A stretch of DNA of 64,000 nucleotides, taken from Nemertoderma westbladi (Eukaryota > Animalia > Xenacoelomorpha). Position 1 is the stretch's first letter. Every line of letters begins with the position of its first letter. The stretch lies in the NCBI GenBank assembly GCA_032718475.1, contig JAUCBJ010009076.1, forward strand, positions 1 through 64,000. The letters run 5' to 3'. Positions 46,601 through 59,200 of the stretch are shown here, piece by piece. Under the pieces are notes generated by a model, which was not told where the DNA came from, made no database searches, and saw only the letters and a program-made list of their open reading frames with translations. A program made the translations under genes and the position numbers.

Positions 46601-47280
46601 AACTCCTCAAAAACAGAGGCGGGTTTGGACGAGTCGGGTGCATATCCAGAAACGAACAATAGAGGCTGGTGAAAACCCGATATGGAGCCCATGACACCCA
46701 CAATGTCGTCGGATGAAGACACTACACTGAATTTGTTGCAAACACTTTTGCGTATAAGAAGACATACACCTCCAGCACCACGTTTACGCGATGGGTTTTT
46801 CATTAGATCACTCACAAGGTGAACACAGTCGAAGTCCGGGCTTATTTCTGCTAGGATACTATTCGCCTCGACTCCATCAAGCCAATGTTCCTGGATAGCA
46901 AGTATGTCTAGCACACCCAATAACTGTGAGATGTAGTCGATATTACTAATAATTCCATGACAGTTAAAAGTACCAATCCGTATAAATTCATCCATATTAT
47001 TTAGTTTATAGGGGTGCCTAGGGTGATGAGATTGCTGGAGGGGTGGGTCAAAAATGGTTCAGGTACGCTTTGTCCTTAGTGCGGATGTTTTTGTGATTGC
47101 GATATTCGAAGTTTGGATAAGGCCATTGGGGGTATCTACCATGATCAGCGAGTTTGCAGTCAAACATTGGAGCTTCTATGTGCTGGAATAGCCGAGATTG
47201 TTGCAAATTAAGTTTGGAATTCCTGTGCACATAATCGTGGGGCAACCCATTTCTTAGGTGACAGCGGTGACTTAGGTCAT
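43606..47280 (-). mobile_element. RTE-X-like non-LTR retrotransposon; 3' end with AATAAA, short stem-loop and (ATT)n tail; 5' part runs into the satellite
   Basis: Minus strand ends AATAAATGCCGGCTTGTCCGGATGATGCGCCTCCATGCGCTCTGATTATTATTATT. Confidence 0.75.
43936..46995 (-). CDS. AP endonuclease + reverse transcriptase (1019 aa), RTE-X-like
   Basis: APE motifs TFNCHG, IQEHWL, GGVCLL, SDFN, YIDHI, SDHVP. RT motifs SYRPI, DISGAF, GVKQGSLLSPLLF, YADDI, FLG. Clade assignment is tentative. Confidence 0.92.
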   Translation of the reverse strand: MDEFIRIGTFNCHGIISNIDYISQLLGVLDILAIQEHWLDGVEANSILAEISPDFDCVHLVSDLMKNPSRKRGAGGVCLLIRKSVCNKFSVVSSSDDIVGVMGSISGFHQPLLFVSGYAPDSSKPASVFEEFLGRLSNILDINQHATPFILSDFNSDLGALQGPRWNREKATARGIRLHQFLQEQGLLALDTYSPFDGPTVTFKGHGSSYIDHILSTSEVMSNVVNGCVYKTNPANFSDHVPVVATVDLSRLCSNHVESADRIKSRSAPARIQWTRVNKQQLSRYRNNVSECLNNLYAEVGIPPAQWSVNNIDKFAMTLRNNLHNASSRYLLTSKGRRKTKNLRIRSMEIKERSKVCQQLYNLWVCEGKPTNSIHGNALKESKRSLRRLKNWVTKSMVKNETSHIASTFKSNPRKFWQHFNSKQRSDKLPQTAVNAIRQDLRNNHQKSSDYSSSIDQLKSELRQQCADSFVPTVSPLAVQSAISSLAKGKSPDNHSLSVEHFLSLDAQIISSALADLINACFRTGHTPEFMGETILTHIYKGKGRNINVSKSYRPIATVCIFGKILESVILHEYFSLMDFIPQQQLAYQKKLGADLIISTILEFLESQRRTGTNVFLCQMDISGAFGSLDFVLLFSKLKEIINPYICLVLLAYYESTCAFLKVADEIDVCGINLVRGVKQGSLLSPLLFLLYMKDVLDILSLNGFGSIVGLIWLGIIAYADDILLTATSVTELTLAADIFSIEMNKVKLEIEMSKTKWSCYGNDYSCENVPTFMCINGTLVPRSDDMTFLGFPIVHPRRNSLQDCIRSIAIMSDLFHRNGWNARWLDCSTLGYLWRSIAVPTISYSSRYLIGSLCSKEIAELDSYYRKTLRGLLFVGPYSSNNVTLALLGCNDFSVEMYKLCVGTLTRVNKCPNVLLQSILRIALQANLSGTTNNLYVGLGSVFEKCSQKYAIPSLSSILCYKYSKCSLYKLLEPAALTMAEESDRDFILQCYSQSLPFKTRHHRIEQYFNWINKVRVT

Positions 47281-50200
47281 CAGAGTTCCATCAAAGTAAG
47301 TTCCGTTGTATCTCTACAGAGTTCCATCAATGTAAGTTCCGTTTTATCTCTACAGATTTCCATCAAAGTAAGTTCCGTTGTATCTCTCTCTACAGAGTTC
47401 CATCAAAGTAAAGTTCCGTTGTATCTCTACAGAGTTCCATCAAAGTAAGTTCCGTTGTATCTCTACAAAGTTCCATCAATGTAAGTTCCGTTGTATCTCT
47501 ACAGAGTTCCATCACAGTAAGTTCCATTGTATCTCTACAGAGTTCCATCAAAGTAAGTTCCGTTGTATCTCTACAGAGTTCCATCAAAGTAAGTTCCGTT
47601 GTATCTCTCTCTACAGAGTTCCATCAAAGTAAGTTCCGTTGTATCTCTACAGAGTTCCATCAAAGTAAGTTCCGTTGTATCTCTACAGAGTTCCATCAAA
47701 GTAAGTTCCGTTGTATCTCTACAGAGTTCCATCAAAGTAAGTTCCGTTGTATCTCTCTCTACAGAGTTCCATCAAAGTAAGTTCCATTGTATCTCTACAG
47801 AGTTCCATCAAAGTAAGTTCCGTTGTATCTCTACAGAGTTCCATCGAAGTAAGTTTTGTTGTATCTCTACAGAGTCCCGTCAAAGTAAGTTACGTTGTAT
47901 CTCTACAGAGTTCCGTCAAAGTAAATTCCGTTGTATCTCTACAGAGTTCCATCAAAGTAAATTCCGTTGTATCTCTCTCTACAGAGTTCCATCAAAGTAA
48001 GTTCCGTTGTATCTCTACAGAGTTCCATCACAGTAAGTTCCGTAGTATCTCTACAGAGTTCCATCAAAGTAAGTTCCGTTGTATCTCTACAGAGTTCCAT
48101 CAAAGTAAGTTCCGTTGTATCTCTCTCTACAGAGTTCCATCAAAGTAAGTTCCGTTGTATCTCTACAGAGTTCCATCAAAGTAAGTTCCGTTGTATCTCT
48201 ACAGAGTTCCATCAATGTAAGTTCCGTTTTATCTCTACAGATTTCCATCAAAGTAAGTTCCGTTGTATCTCTCTCTACAGAGTTCCATCAAAGTAAGTTC
48301 CGTTGTATCTCTACAGAGTTCCATCAAAGTAAGTTCCGTTGTATCTCTACAGAGTTCCATCAAAGTAAGTTCCGTTGTATCTCTACAGAGTTCCATCAAA
48401 GTAAGTTCCGTTGTATCTCTACAGAGTTCCATCAAAGTAAGTTCCGTTGTATCTCTACAGAGTTCCATCGAAGTAAGTTATGTTGTATCTCTACAGAGTC
48501 CCGTCAAAGTAAGTTCCGTTGCATCTCTACAGAGTTCCGTCAAAGTAAATTCCGTTGTATCTCTACAGAGTTCCATCAAAGTAAGTTCCATTGTATCTCT
48601 CTCTACAGAGTTCCATCAAAGTAAGTTCCGTTGTATCTCTACAGAGTTCCATCAAAGTAAGTTCCGTTGTATCTCTACAGAGTTCCATCAAAGTAAGTTC
48701 CGTTGTATCTCTACAGAGTTCCATCAAAGTAAGTTCCGTTGTATCTCTACAGAGTTCCATCAAAGTAAGTTCCGTTGTATCTCTACAGAGTTCCATCAAA
48801 GTAAGTTCCGTTGTATCTCTACAGAGTTCCATCAAAGTAAGTTCCGTTGTATCTCTACAGAGTTCCATCAAAGTAAGTTCCGTTGTATCTCTACAGAGTT
48901 CCATCAAAGTAAGTTCCGTTGTATCTCTACAGAGTTCCATCAAAGTAAGTTCCGTTGTATCTCTCTCTACAGAGTTCCATCAAAGTAAGTTCCGTTGTAT
49001 CTCTACAGAGTTCCATCAAAGTAAGTTCCGTTGTATCTCTACAGAGTTCCATCAAAGTAAGTTCCGTTGTATCTCTACAGAGTTCCTTCAAAGTAAGTTC
49101 CGTTGTATCTCAACAGAGTTCCATCAAAGTAAGTTTCGTTGTATCTCTACAGAGTTCCATCAAAGTAAGTTCCGTTGTACTCTCTCTACAGAGTTCCATT
49201 AAAGTAAGTTCCGTTGTATCTCTACGGAGTTCCATCAAAGTAAGTTCCGTTGTATCTCTACAGAGTTCCATCAAAATAAGTTCCGTTGTATCTCTACAGA
49301 GTTCCATCAAAGTAAGTTCCGTTGTATCTCTACAGAATTCCATCAAAGTAAGTTCCGTTGTATCTCTACAGAGTCCCGTCAAAGTAAATTCCGAAGTTCC
49401 GTTGTATCTCTACAGAGTTCCATCAAAGTAAGTTCCGTTGTATCTCTACAAAGTTCCATCAATGTAAGTTCCGTTGTATCTCTACAGAGTTCCATCACAG
49501 TAAGTTCCGTTGTATCTCTACAGAGTTCCATCAAAGTAAGTTCCGTTGTATCTCTACAGAGTTCCATCAAAGTAAGTTCCGTTGTATCTCTCTCTACATA
49601 GTTCCATCAAAGTAAGTTCCGTTGTATCTCTACAGAGTTCCATCAAAGTAAGTTCCGTTGTATCTCTACAGAGTTCCATCAAAGTAAGTTCCGTTGTATC
49701 TCTACAGAGTTCCATCAAAGTAAGTTCCGTTGTATCTCTCTCTACAGAGTTCCATCAAAGTAAGTTCCATTGTATCTCTACAGAGTTCCATCAAAGTAAG
49801 TTCCGTTGTATCTCTACAGAGTTCCATCGAAGTAAGTTTTGTTGTATCTCTACAGAGTCCCGTCAAAGTAAGTTACGTTGTATCTCTACAGAGTTCCGTC
49901 AAAGTAAATTCCGTTGTATCTCTACAGAGTTCCATCAAAGTAAGTTCCGTTGTATCTCTCTCTACAGAGTTCCATCAAAGTAAGTTCCGTTGTATCTCTA
50001 CAGAGTTCCATCACAGTAAGTTCCGTTGTATCTCTACAGAGTTCCGTCAAAGTAAGTTCCGTTGTATCTCTACAGAGTTCCATCAAAGTAAGTTCCGTTG
50101 TATCTCTACAGAGTTCCATCAAAGTAAGTTCCGTTGTATCTCTCTCTACAGAGTTCCATCAAAGTAAGTTCCGTTGTATCTCTACAGAGTTCCATCAAAG

Positions 50201-53200
50201 TAAGTTCCGTTGTATCTCTACAGAGTTCCATCAATGTAAGTTCCGTTTTATCTCTACAGATTTCCATCAAAGTAAGTTCCGTTGTATCTCTCTCTACAGA
50301 GTTCCATCAAAGTAAGTTCCGTTGTATCTCTACAGAGTTCCATCAAAGTAAGTTCCGTTGTATCTCTACAGAGTTCCATCAAAGTAAGTTCCGTTGTATC
50401 TCTACAGAGTTCCATCAAAGTAAGTTCCGTTGTATCTCTACAGAGTTCCATCAAAGTAAGTTCCGTTGTATCTCTACAGAGTTCCATCAAAGTAAGTTCC
50501 GTTGTATCTCTACAGAGTTCCATCAAAGTAAGTTCCGTTGTATCTCTACAGAGTCCCGTCAAAGTAAGTTCCGTTGCATCTCTACAGAGTTCCGTCAAAG
50601 TAAATTCCGTTGTATCTCTACAGAGTTCCATCAAAGTAAGTTCCATTGTATCTCTCTCTACAGAGTTCCATCAAAGTAAGTTCCGTTGTATCTCTACAGA
50701 GTTCCATCAAAGTAAGTTCCGTTGTATCTCTACAGAGTTCCATCAAAGTAAGTTCCGTTGTATCTCTACAGAGTTCCATCAAAGTAAGTTCCGTTGTATC
50801 TCTACAGAGTTCCATCAAAGTAAGTTCCGTTGTATCTCTACAGAGTTCCATCAAAGTAAGTTCCGTTGTATCTCTACAGAGTTCCATCAAAGTAAGTTCC
50901 GTTGTATCTCTACAGAGTTCCATCAAAGTAAGTTCCGTTGTATCTCTACAGAGTCCCTTCAAAGTAAGTTCCGTTGTATCTCTACAGAGTTCCATCAAAG
51001 TAAGTTCCGTTGTATCTCTACAGAGTTCCGTCAAAGTAAATTCCGTTGTATCTCTCTCTACAGAGTTCCATCAAAGTAAGTTCCGTTGTATCTCTACAGA
51101 GTTCCATCAAAGTAAGTTCCGTTGTATCTCTACAGAGTTCCGTCAAAGTAAGTTCCGTTGTATCTCTCTCTACAGAGTTCCATCAAAGTAAAGTTCCGTT
51201 GTATCTCTACAGAGTTCCATCAAAGTAAGTTCCGTTGTATCTCTACAAAGTTCCATCAAAGTAAGTTCCGTTGTATCTCTACAGAGTTCCATCACAGTAA
51301 GTTCCGTTGTATCTCTACAGAGTTCCATCAAAGTAAGTTCCGTTGTATCTCTACAGAGTTCCATCAAAGTAAGTTCCGTTGTATCTCTCTCTACAGAGTT
51401 CCATCAAAGTAAGTTCCGTTGTATCTCTACAGAGTTCCATCAAAGTAAGTTCCGTTGTATCTCTACAGAGTTCCATCAAAGTAAGTTCCGTTGTATCTCT
51501 ACAGAGTTCCATCAAAGTAAGTTCCGTTGTATCTCTCTCTACAGAGTTCCATCAAAGTAAGTTCCATTGTATCTCTACAGAGTTCCATCAAAGTAAGTTC
51601 CGTTGTATCTCTACAGAGTTCCATCGAAGTAAGTTCTGTTGTATCTCTACAGAGTCCCGTCAAAGTAAGTTCCGTTGTATCTCTACAGAGTTCCGTCAAA
51701 GTAAATTCCGTTGTATCTCTACAGAGTTCCATCAAAGTAAGTTCCGTTGTATCTCTCTCTACAGAGTTCCATCAAAGTAAGTTCCGTTGTATCTCTACAG
51801 AGTTCCATCAAAGTAAGTTCCGTTGTATCTCTACAGAGTTCCATCAAAGTAAGTTCCGTTGTATCTATACAGAGTCCCTTCAAAGTAAGTTCCGTTGTAT
51901 CTCTACAGAGTTCCATCAAAGTAAGTTCCGTTGTATCTCTACAGAGTTCCGTCAAAGTAAATTCCGTTGTATCTCTCTCTACAGAGTTCCATCAATGTAA
52001 GTTCCGTTTTATCTCTACAGATTTCCATCAAAGTAAGTTCCGTTGTATCTCTCTCTACAGAGTTCCATCAAAGTAAGTTCCGTTGTATCTCTACAGAGTT
52101 CCATCAAAGTAAGTTCCGTTGTATCTCTACAGAGTTCCATCAAAGTAAGTTCCGTTGTATCTCTACAGAGTTCCATCAAAGTAAGTTCCGTTGTATCTCT
52201 ACAGAGTTCCATCAAAGTAAGTTCCGTTGTATCTCTACAGAGTTCCATCGAAGTAAGTTCTGTTGTATCTCTACAGAGTCCCGTCAAAGTAAGTTCCGTT
52301 GTATCTCTACAGAGTTCCGTCAAAGTAAATTCCGTTGTATCTCTACAGAGTTCCATCAAAGTAAGTTCCATTGTATCTCTCTCTACAGAGTTCCATCAAA
52401 GTAAGTTCCGTTGTATCTCTACAGAGTTCCATCAAAGTAAGTTCCGTTGTATCTCTACAGAGTTCCATCAAAGTAAGTTCCGTTGTATCTCTACAGAGTT
52501 CCATCAAAGTAAGTTCCGTTGTATCTCTACAGAGTTCCATCAAAGTAAGTTCCGTTGTATCTCTACAGAGGTCCATCAAAGTAAGTTCCGTTGTATCTCT
52601 ACAGAGTCCCGTCAAAGTAAGTTCCGTTGTATCTCTACAGAGTTCCATCAAAGTAAGTTCCGTTGTATCTCTACAGAGTTCCATCAAAGTAAGTTCTGTT
52701 GTATCTCTACAGAGTTCCATCAAAGTAAGTTCCGTTGTATCTCTACAGAGTCCCGTCAAAGTAAGTTCCGTTGTATTTCTACAGAGTTCCATCAAAGTAA
52801 GTTCCGTTGTATCTCTACAGAGTTCCATCAAAGTAAGTTCCGTTGTATCTCTCTCTACAGAGTTCCATCAAAGTAAGTTCCGTTGTATCTCTACAGAGTT
52901 CCTTCAAAGTAAGTTCCGTTGTATCTCAACAGAGTTCCATCAAAGTAAGTTTCGTTGTATCTCTACAGAGTTCCATCAAAGTAAGTTCCGTTGTACTCTC
53001 TCTACAGAGTTCCATCAAAGTAAGTTCCGTTGTATCTCTACAGAGTTCCATCAAAGTAAGTTCCGTTGTATCTCTACAGAGTTCCATCAAAGTAAGTTCC
53101 GTTGTATCTCTACAGAGTTCCATCAAAGTAAGTTCCGTTGTATCTCTACAGAATTCCATCAAAGTAAGTTCCGTTGTATCTCTACAGAGTCCCGTCAAAG

Positions 53201-56200
53201 TAAATTCCGAAGTTCCGTTGTATCTCTACAGAGTTCCATCAAAGTAAGTTCCGTTGTATCTCTGCAGAGTCCCGTCAAAGTAAATTCCGTTGTATCTCTA
53301 CAGAGTCCCGTCAAAGTAAGTTCCGTTGTATCTCTACAGAGTTCCATCAAAGTAAGTTCCGTTGTATCTATACAGAGTCCCTTCAAAGTAAGTTCCGTTG
53401 TATCTCTACAGAGTCCCGTCAAAATAAATTCCGTTGTATCTCTCTCTACAGAGTTACATCAAAGTAAGTTCCGTTGTATCTCTACAGAGTTCCATCAAAG
53501 TAAGTTCCGTTGTATCTCTACAGAGTCCCGTCAAAGTAAATTCCGATGTATCTCTACAGAGTTCCATCAAAGTAAGTTCCGTTGTATCTCTACATAGTCC
53601 CGTCAAAGTAAATTCCGATGTATCTCTACAGAGTTCCATCAGAGTAAGTTCCGTTGTATCTCTACAGAGTTCCGTCAAAGTAAATTCCGTTGTATCTCTC
53701 TCTACAGAGTTCCATCAAAGTAAGTTCCGTTGTATCTCTACAGAGTTCCATCAAAGTAAGTTCCGTTGTATCTCTACAGAGTCCCGTCAAAGTAAATTCC
53801 GTTGTATCTCTACAGAGTCCCGTCAAAGTAAGTTCCGTTGTATCTCTACAGAGTTCCATCAAAGTAAGTTCCGTTGTATCTATACAGAGTCCCTTCAAAG
53901 TAAGTTCCGTTGTATCTCTACAGAGTCCCGTCAAAATAAATTCCGTTGTATCTCTCTCTACAGAGTTCCATCAAAGTAAGTTCCGTTGTATCTCTACAGA
54001 GTTCCATCAAAGTAAGTTCCGTTGTATCTCTACAGAGTCCCGTCAAAGTAAATTCCGATGTATCTCTACAGAGTTCCATCAAAGTAAGTTCCGTTGTATC
54101 TCTACATAGTCCCGTCAAAGTAAATTCCGATGTATCTCTACAGAGTTCCATCAGAGTAAGTTCCGTTGTATCTCTACAGAGTTCCATCAAAGTAAATTCC
54201 GTTGTATCTCTACAGAGTTCCATCAAAGTAAGTTCCGTTGTATCTCTACAGAGTCCCGTGAAAGTAAATTCCGATGTATCTCTACAGAGTTCCATCAAAG
54301 TAAGTTCCGTTGTATCTCTACAGAGTCCCGTCAAAGTAAATTCCGATGTATCTCTACAGAGTTCCATCAAAGTAAGTTCCGTTGTATCTCTACAGAGTTC
54401 CATCAAAGTAAATTCCGTTGTATCTCTACAGAGTTCCATCAAAGTAAGTTCCGTTGTATCTCTACAGAGTCCCGTCAAAGTAAATTCCGATGTATCTCTA
54501 CAGAGTTCCATCAAAGAAAGTTCCGTTGTATCTCTACAGAGTCCCGTCAAAGTAAATTCCGATGTATCTCTACAGAGTTCCATCAAAGTAAGTTCCGTTG
54601 TATCTCTACAGAGTTCCATCAAAGTAAATTCCGTTGTATCTCTACAGAGTCCCGTCAAAGTAAATTCCGTTGTATCTCTACAGAGTTCCATCAAAGTAAA
54701 TTCCGTTGTATCTCTACAGAGTTCCATCAAAGTAAGTTCCGTTGTATCTCTACAGAGTTCCATCAAAATAAGTTCCGTTGTATCTATACAGAGTCCCTTC
54801 AAAGTAAGTTCCGTTGTATCTCTACAGAGTTCCATCAAAGTAAGTTCCGTTGTATCTCTACAGAGTTCCGTCAAAGTAAATTCCGTTGTATCTCTCTCTA
54901 CAGAGTTCCATCAAAGTAAGTTCCGTTGTATCTCTACAGAGTTCCATCAAAGTAAGTTCCGTTGTATCTCTACAGAGTTCCGTCAAAGTAAGTTCCGTTG
55001 TATCTCTCTCTACAGAGTTCCATCAAAGTAAAGTTCCGTTGTATCTCTACAGAGTTCCATCAAAGTAAGTTCCGTTGTATCTCTACAAAGTTCCATCAAT
55101 GTAAGTTCCGTTGTATCTCTACAGAGTTCCATCACAGTAAGTTCCGTTGTATCTCTACAGAGTTCCATCAAAGTAAGTTCCGTTGTATCTCTACAGAGTT
55201 CCATCAAAGTAAGTTCCGTTGTATCTCTCTCTACAGAGTTCCATCAAAGTAAGTTCCGTTGTATCTCTACAGAGTTCCATCAAAGTAAGTTCCGTTGTAT
55301 CTCTACAGAGTTCCATCAAAGTAAGTTCCGTTGTATCTCTACAGAGTTCCATCAAAGTAAGTTCCGTTGTATCTCTCTCTACAGAGTTCCATCAAAGTAA
55401 GTTCCATTGTATCTCTACAGAGTTCCATCAAAGTAAGTTCCGTTGTATCTCTACAGAGTTCAATCGAAGTAAGTTCTGTTGTATCTCTACAGAGTCCCGT
55501 CAAAGTAAGTTCAGTTGTATCTCTACAGAGTTCCGTCAAAGTAAATTCCGTTGTATCTCTACAGAGTTCCATCAAAGTAAGTTCCGTTGTATCTCTCTCT
55601 ACAGAGTTCCATCAAAGTAAGTTCCGTTGTATCTCTACAGAGTTCCATCAAAGTAAGTTCCGTTGTATCTCTACAGAGTTCCATCAAAGTAAGTTCCGTT
55701 GTATCTATACAGAGTCCCTTCAAAGTAAGTTCCGTTGTATCTCTACAGAGTTCCATCAAAGTAAGTTCCGTTGTATCTCTACAGAGTTCCGTCAAAGTAA
55801 ATTCCGTTGTATCTCTCTCTACAGAGTTCCATCAATGTAAGTTCCGTTTTATCTCTACAGATTTCCATCAAAGTAAGTTCCGTTGTATCTCTCTCTACAG
55901 AGTTCCATCAAAGTAAGTTCCGTTGTATCTCTACAGAGTTCCATCAAAGTAAGTTCCGTTGTATCTCTACAGAGTTCCATCAAAGTAAGTTCCGTTGTAT
56001 CTCTACAGAGTTCCATCAAAGTAAGTTCCGTTGTATCTCTACAGAGTTCCATCAAAGTAAGTTCCGTTGTATCTCTACAGAGTTCCATCGAAGTAAGTTC
56101 TGTTGTATCTCTACAGAGTCCCGTCAAAGTAAGTTCCGTTGTATCTCTACAGAGTTCCGTCAAAGTAAATTCCGTTGTATCTCTACAGAGTTCCATCAAA

Positions 56201-59200
56201 GTAAGTTCCATTGTATCTCTCTCTACAGAGTTCCATCAAAGTAAGTTCCGTTGTATCTCTACAGAGTTCCATCAAAGTAAGTTCCGTTGTATCTCTACAG
56301 AGTTCCATCAAAGTAAGTTCCGTTGTATCTCTACAGAGTTCCATCAAAGTAAGTTCCGTTGTATCTCTACAGAGTTCCATCAAAGTAAGTTCCGTTGTAT
56401 CTCTACAGAGTTCCATCAAAGTAAGTTCCGTTGTATCTCTACAGAGTCCCGTCAAAGTAAGTTCCGTTGTATCTCTACAGAGTTCCATCAAAGTAAGTTC
56501 CGTTGTATCTCTACCGAGTTCCATCAAAGTAAGTTCCGTTGTATCTCTACAGAGTTCCATCAAAGTAAGTTCCGTTGTATCTCTACAGAGTCCCGTCAAA
56601 GTAAGTTCCGTTGTATTTCTACAGAGTTCCATCAAAGTAAGTTCCGTTGTATCTCTACAGAGTTCCATCAAAGTAAGTTCCGTTGTATCTCTTTCTACAG
56701 AGTTCCATCAAAGTAAGTTCCGTTGTATCTCTACAGAGTTCCTTCAAAGTAAGTTCCGTTGTATCTCAACAGAGTTCCATCAAAGTAAGTTTCGTTGTAT
56801 CTCTACAGAGTTCCATCAAAGTAAGTTCCGTTGTACTCTCTCTACAGAGTTCCATCAAAGTAAGTTCCGTTGTATCTCTACAGAGTTCCATCAAAGTAAG
56901 TTCCGTTGTATCTCTACAGAGTTCCATCAAAGTAAGTTCCGTTGTATCTCTACAGAGTTCCATCAAAGTAAGTTCCGTTGTATCTCTACAGAATTCCATC
57001 AAAGTAAGTTCCGTTGTATCTCTACAGAGTCCCGTCAAAGTAAATTCCGAAGTTCCGTTGTATCTCTACAGAGTTCCATCAAAGTAAGTTCCGTTGTATC
57101 TCTGCAGAGTCCCGTCAAAGTAAATTCCGTTGTATCTCTACAGAGTCCCGTCAAAGTAAGTTCCGTTGTATCTCTACAGGGTTCCATCAAAGTAAGTTCC
57201 GTTGTATCTATACAGAGTCCCTTCAAAGTAAGTTCCGTTGTATCTCTACAGAGTCCCGTCAAAATAAATTCCGTTGTATCTCTCTCTACAGAGTTCCATC
57301 AAAGTAAGTTCCGTTGTATCTCTACAGAGTTCCATCAAAGTAAGTTCCGTTGTATCTATACAGAGTCCCGTCAAAGTAAATTCCGATGTATCTCTACAGA
57401 GTTCCATCAAAGTAAGTTCCGTTGTATCTCTACATAGTCCCGTCAAAGTAAATTACGATGTATCTCCACAGAGTTCCATCAGAGTAAGTTCCGTTGTATC
57501 TCTACAGAGTTCCATCAAAGTAAATTCCGTTGTATCTCTACAGAGTTCCATCAAAGTAAGTTCCGTTGTATCTCTACAGAGTCCCGTGAAAGTAAATTCC
57601 GATGTATCTCTACAGAGTTCCATCAAAGTAAGTTCCGTTGTATCTCTACAGAGTCCCGTCAAAGTAAATTCCGATGTATCTCTACAGAGTTCCATCAAAG
57701 TAAGTTCCGTTGTATCTCTACAGAGTTCCATCAAAGTAAATTCCGTTGTATCTCTACAGAGTTCCATCAAAGTAAGTTCCGTTGTATCTCTACAGAGTCC
57801 CGTCAAAGTAAATTCCGATGTATCTCTACAGAGTTCCATCAAAGAAAGTTCCGTTGTATCTCTACAGAGTCCCGTCAAAGTAAATTCCGATGTATCTCTA
57901 CAGAGTTCCATCAAAGTAAGTTCCGTTGTATCTCTACAGAGTTCCATCAAAGTAAATTCCGTTGTATCTCTACAGAGTCCCGTCAAAGTAAATTCCGTTG
58001 TATCTCTACAGAGTTCCATCAAAGTAAATTCCGTTGTATCTCTACAGAGTCCCGTCAAAGTAAATTCCGTTGTATCTCTACAGAGTCCCGTCAAAGTAAG
58101 TTCCGTTGTATCTCTACAGAGTCCCGTCAAAGTAAGTTCCGTTGTATCTCTACAGAGTTCCATCAAAGTAAGTTCCGTTGTATCTATACAGAGTCCCTTC
58201 AAAGTAAGTTCCGTTGTATCTCTACAGAGTTCCATCAAAGTAAGTTCCGTTGTATCTCTACAGAGTTCCGTCAAAGTAAATTCCGTTGTATCTCTCTCTA
58301 CAGAGTTCCATCAAAGTAAGTTCCGTTGTATCTCTACAGAGTTCCATCAAAGTAAGTTCCGTTGTATCTCTACAGAGTTCCGTCAAAGTAAGTTCCGTTG
58401 TATCTCTCTCTACAGAGTTCCATCAAAGTAAAGTTCCGTTGTATCTCTACAGAGTTCCATCAAAGTAAGTTCCGTTGTATCTCTACAAAGTTCCATCAAT
58501 GTAAGTTCCGTTGTATCTCTACAGAGTTCCATCACAGTAAGTTCCGTTGTATCTCTACAGAGTTCCATCAAAGTAAGTTCCGTTGTATCTCTACAGAGTT
58601 CCATCAAAGTAAGTTCCGTTGTATCTCTCTCTACAGAGTTCCATCAAAGTAAGTTCCGTTGTATCTCTACAGAGTTCCATCAAAGTAAGTTCCGTTGTAT
58701 CTCTACAGAGTTCCATCAAAGTAAGTTCCGTTGTATCTCTACAGAGTTCCATCAAAGTAAGTTCCGTTGTATCTCTCTCTACAGAGTTCCATCAAAGTAA
58801 GTTCCATTGTATCTCTACAGAGTTCCATCAAAGTAAGTTCCGTTGTATCTCTACAGAGTTCCATCGAAGTAAGTTCTGTTGTATCTCTACAGAGTCCCGT
58901 CAAAGTAAGTTCAGTTGTATCTCTACAGAGTTCCGTCAAAGTAAATTCCGTTGTATCTCTACAGAGTTCCATCAAAGTAAGTTCCGTTGTATCTCTCTCT
59001 ACAGAGTTCCATCAAAGTAAGTTCCGTTGTATCTCTACAGAGTTCCATCAAAGTAAGTTCCGTTGTATCTCTACAGAGTTCCATCAAAGTAAGTTCCGTT
59101 GTATCTATACAGAGTCCCTTCAAAGTAAGTTCCGTTGTATCTCTACAGAGTTCCATCAAAGTAAGTTCCGTTGTATCTCTACAGAGTTCCGTCAAAGTAA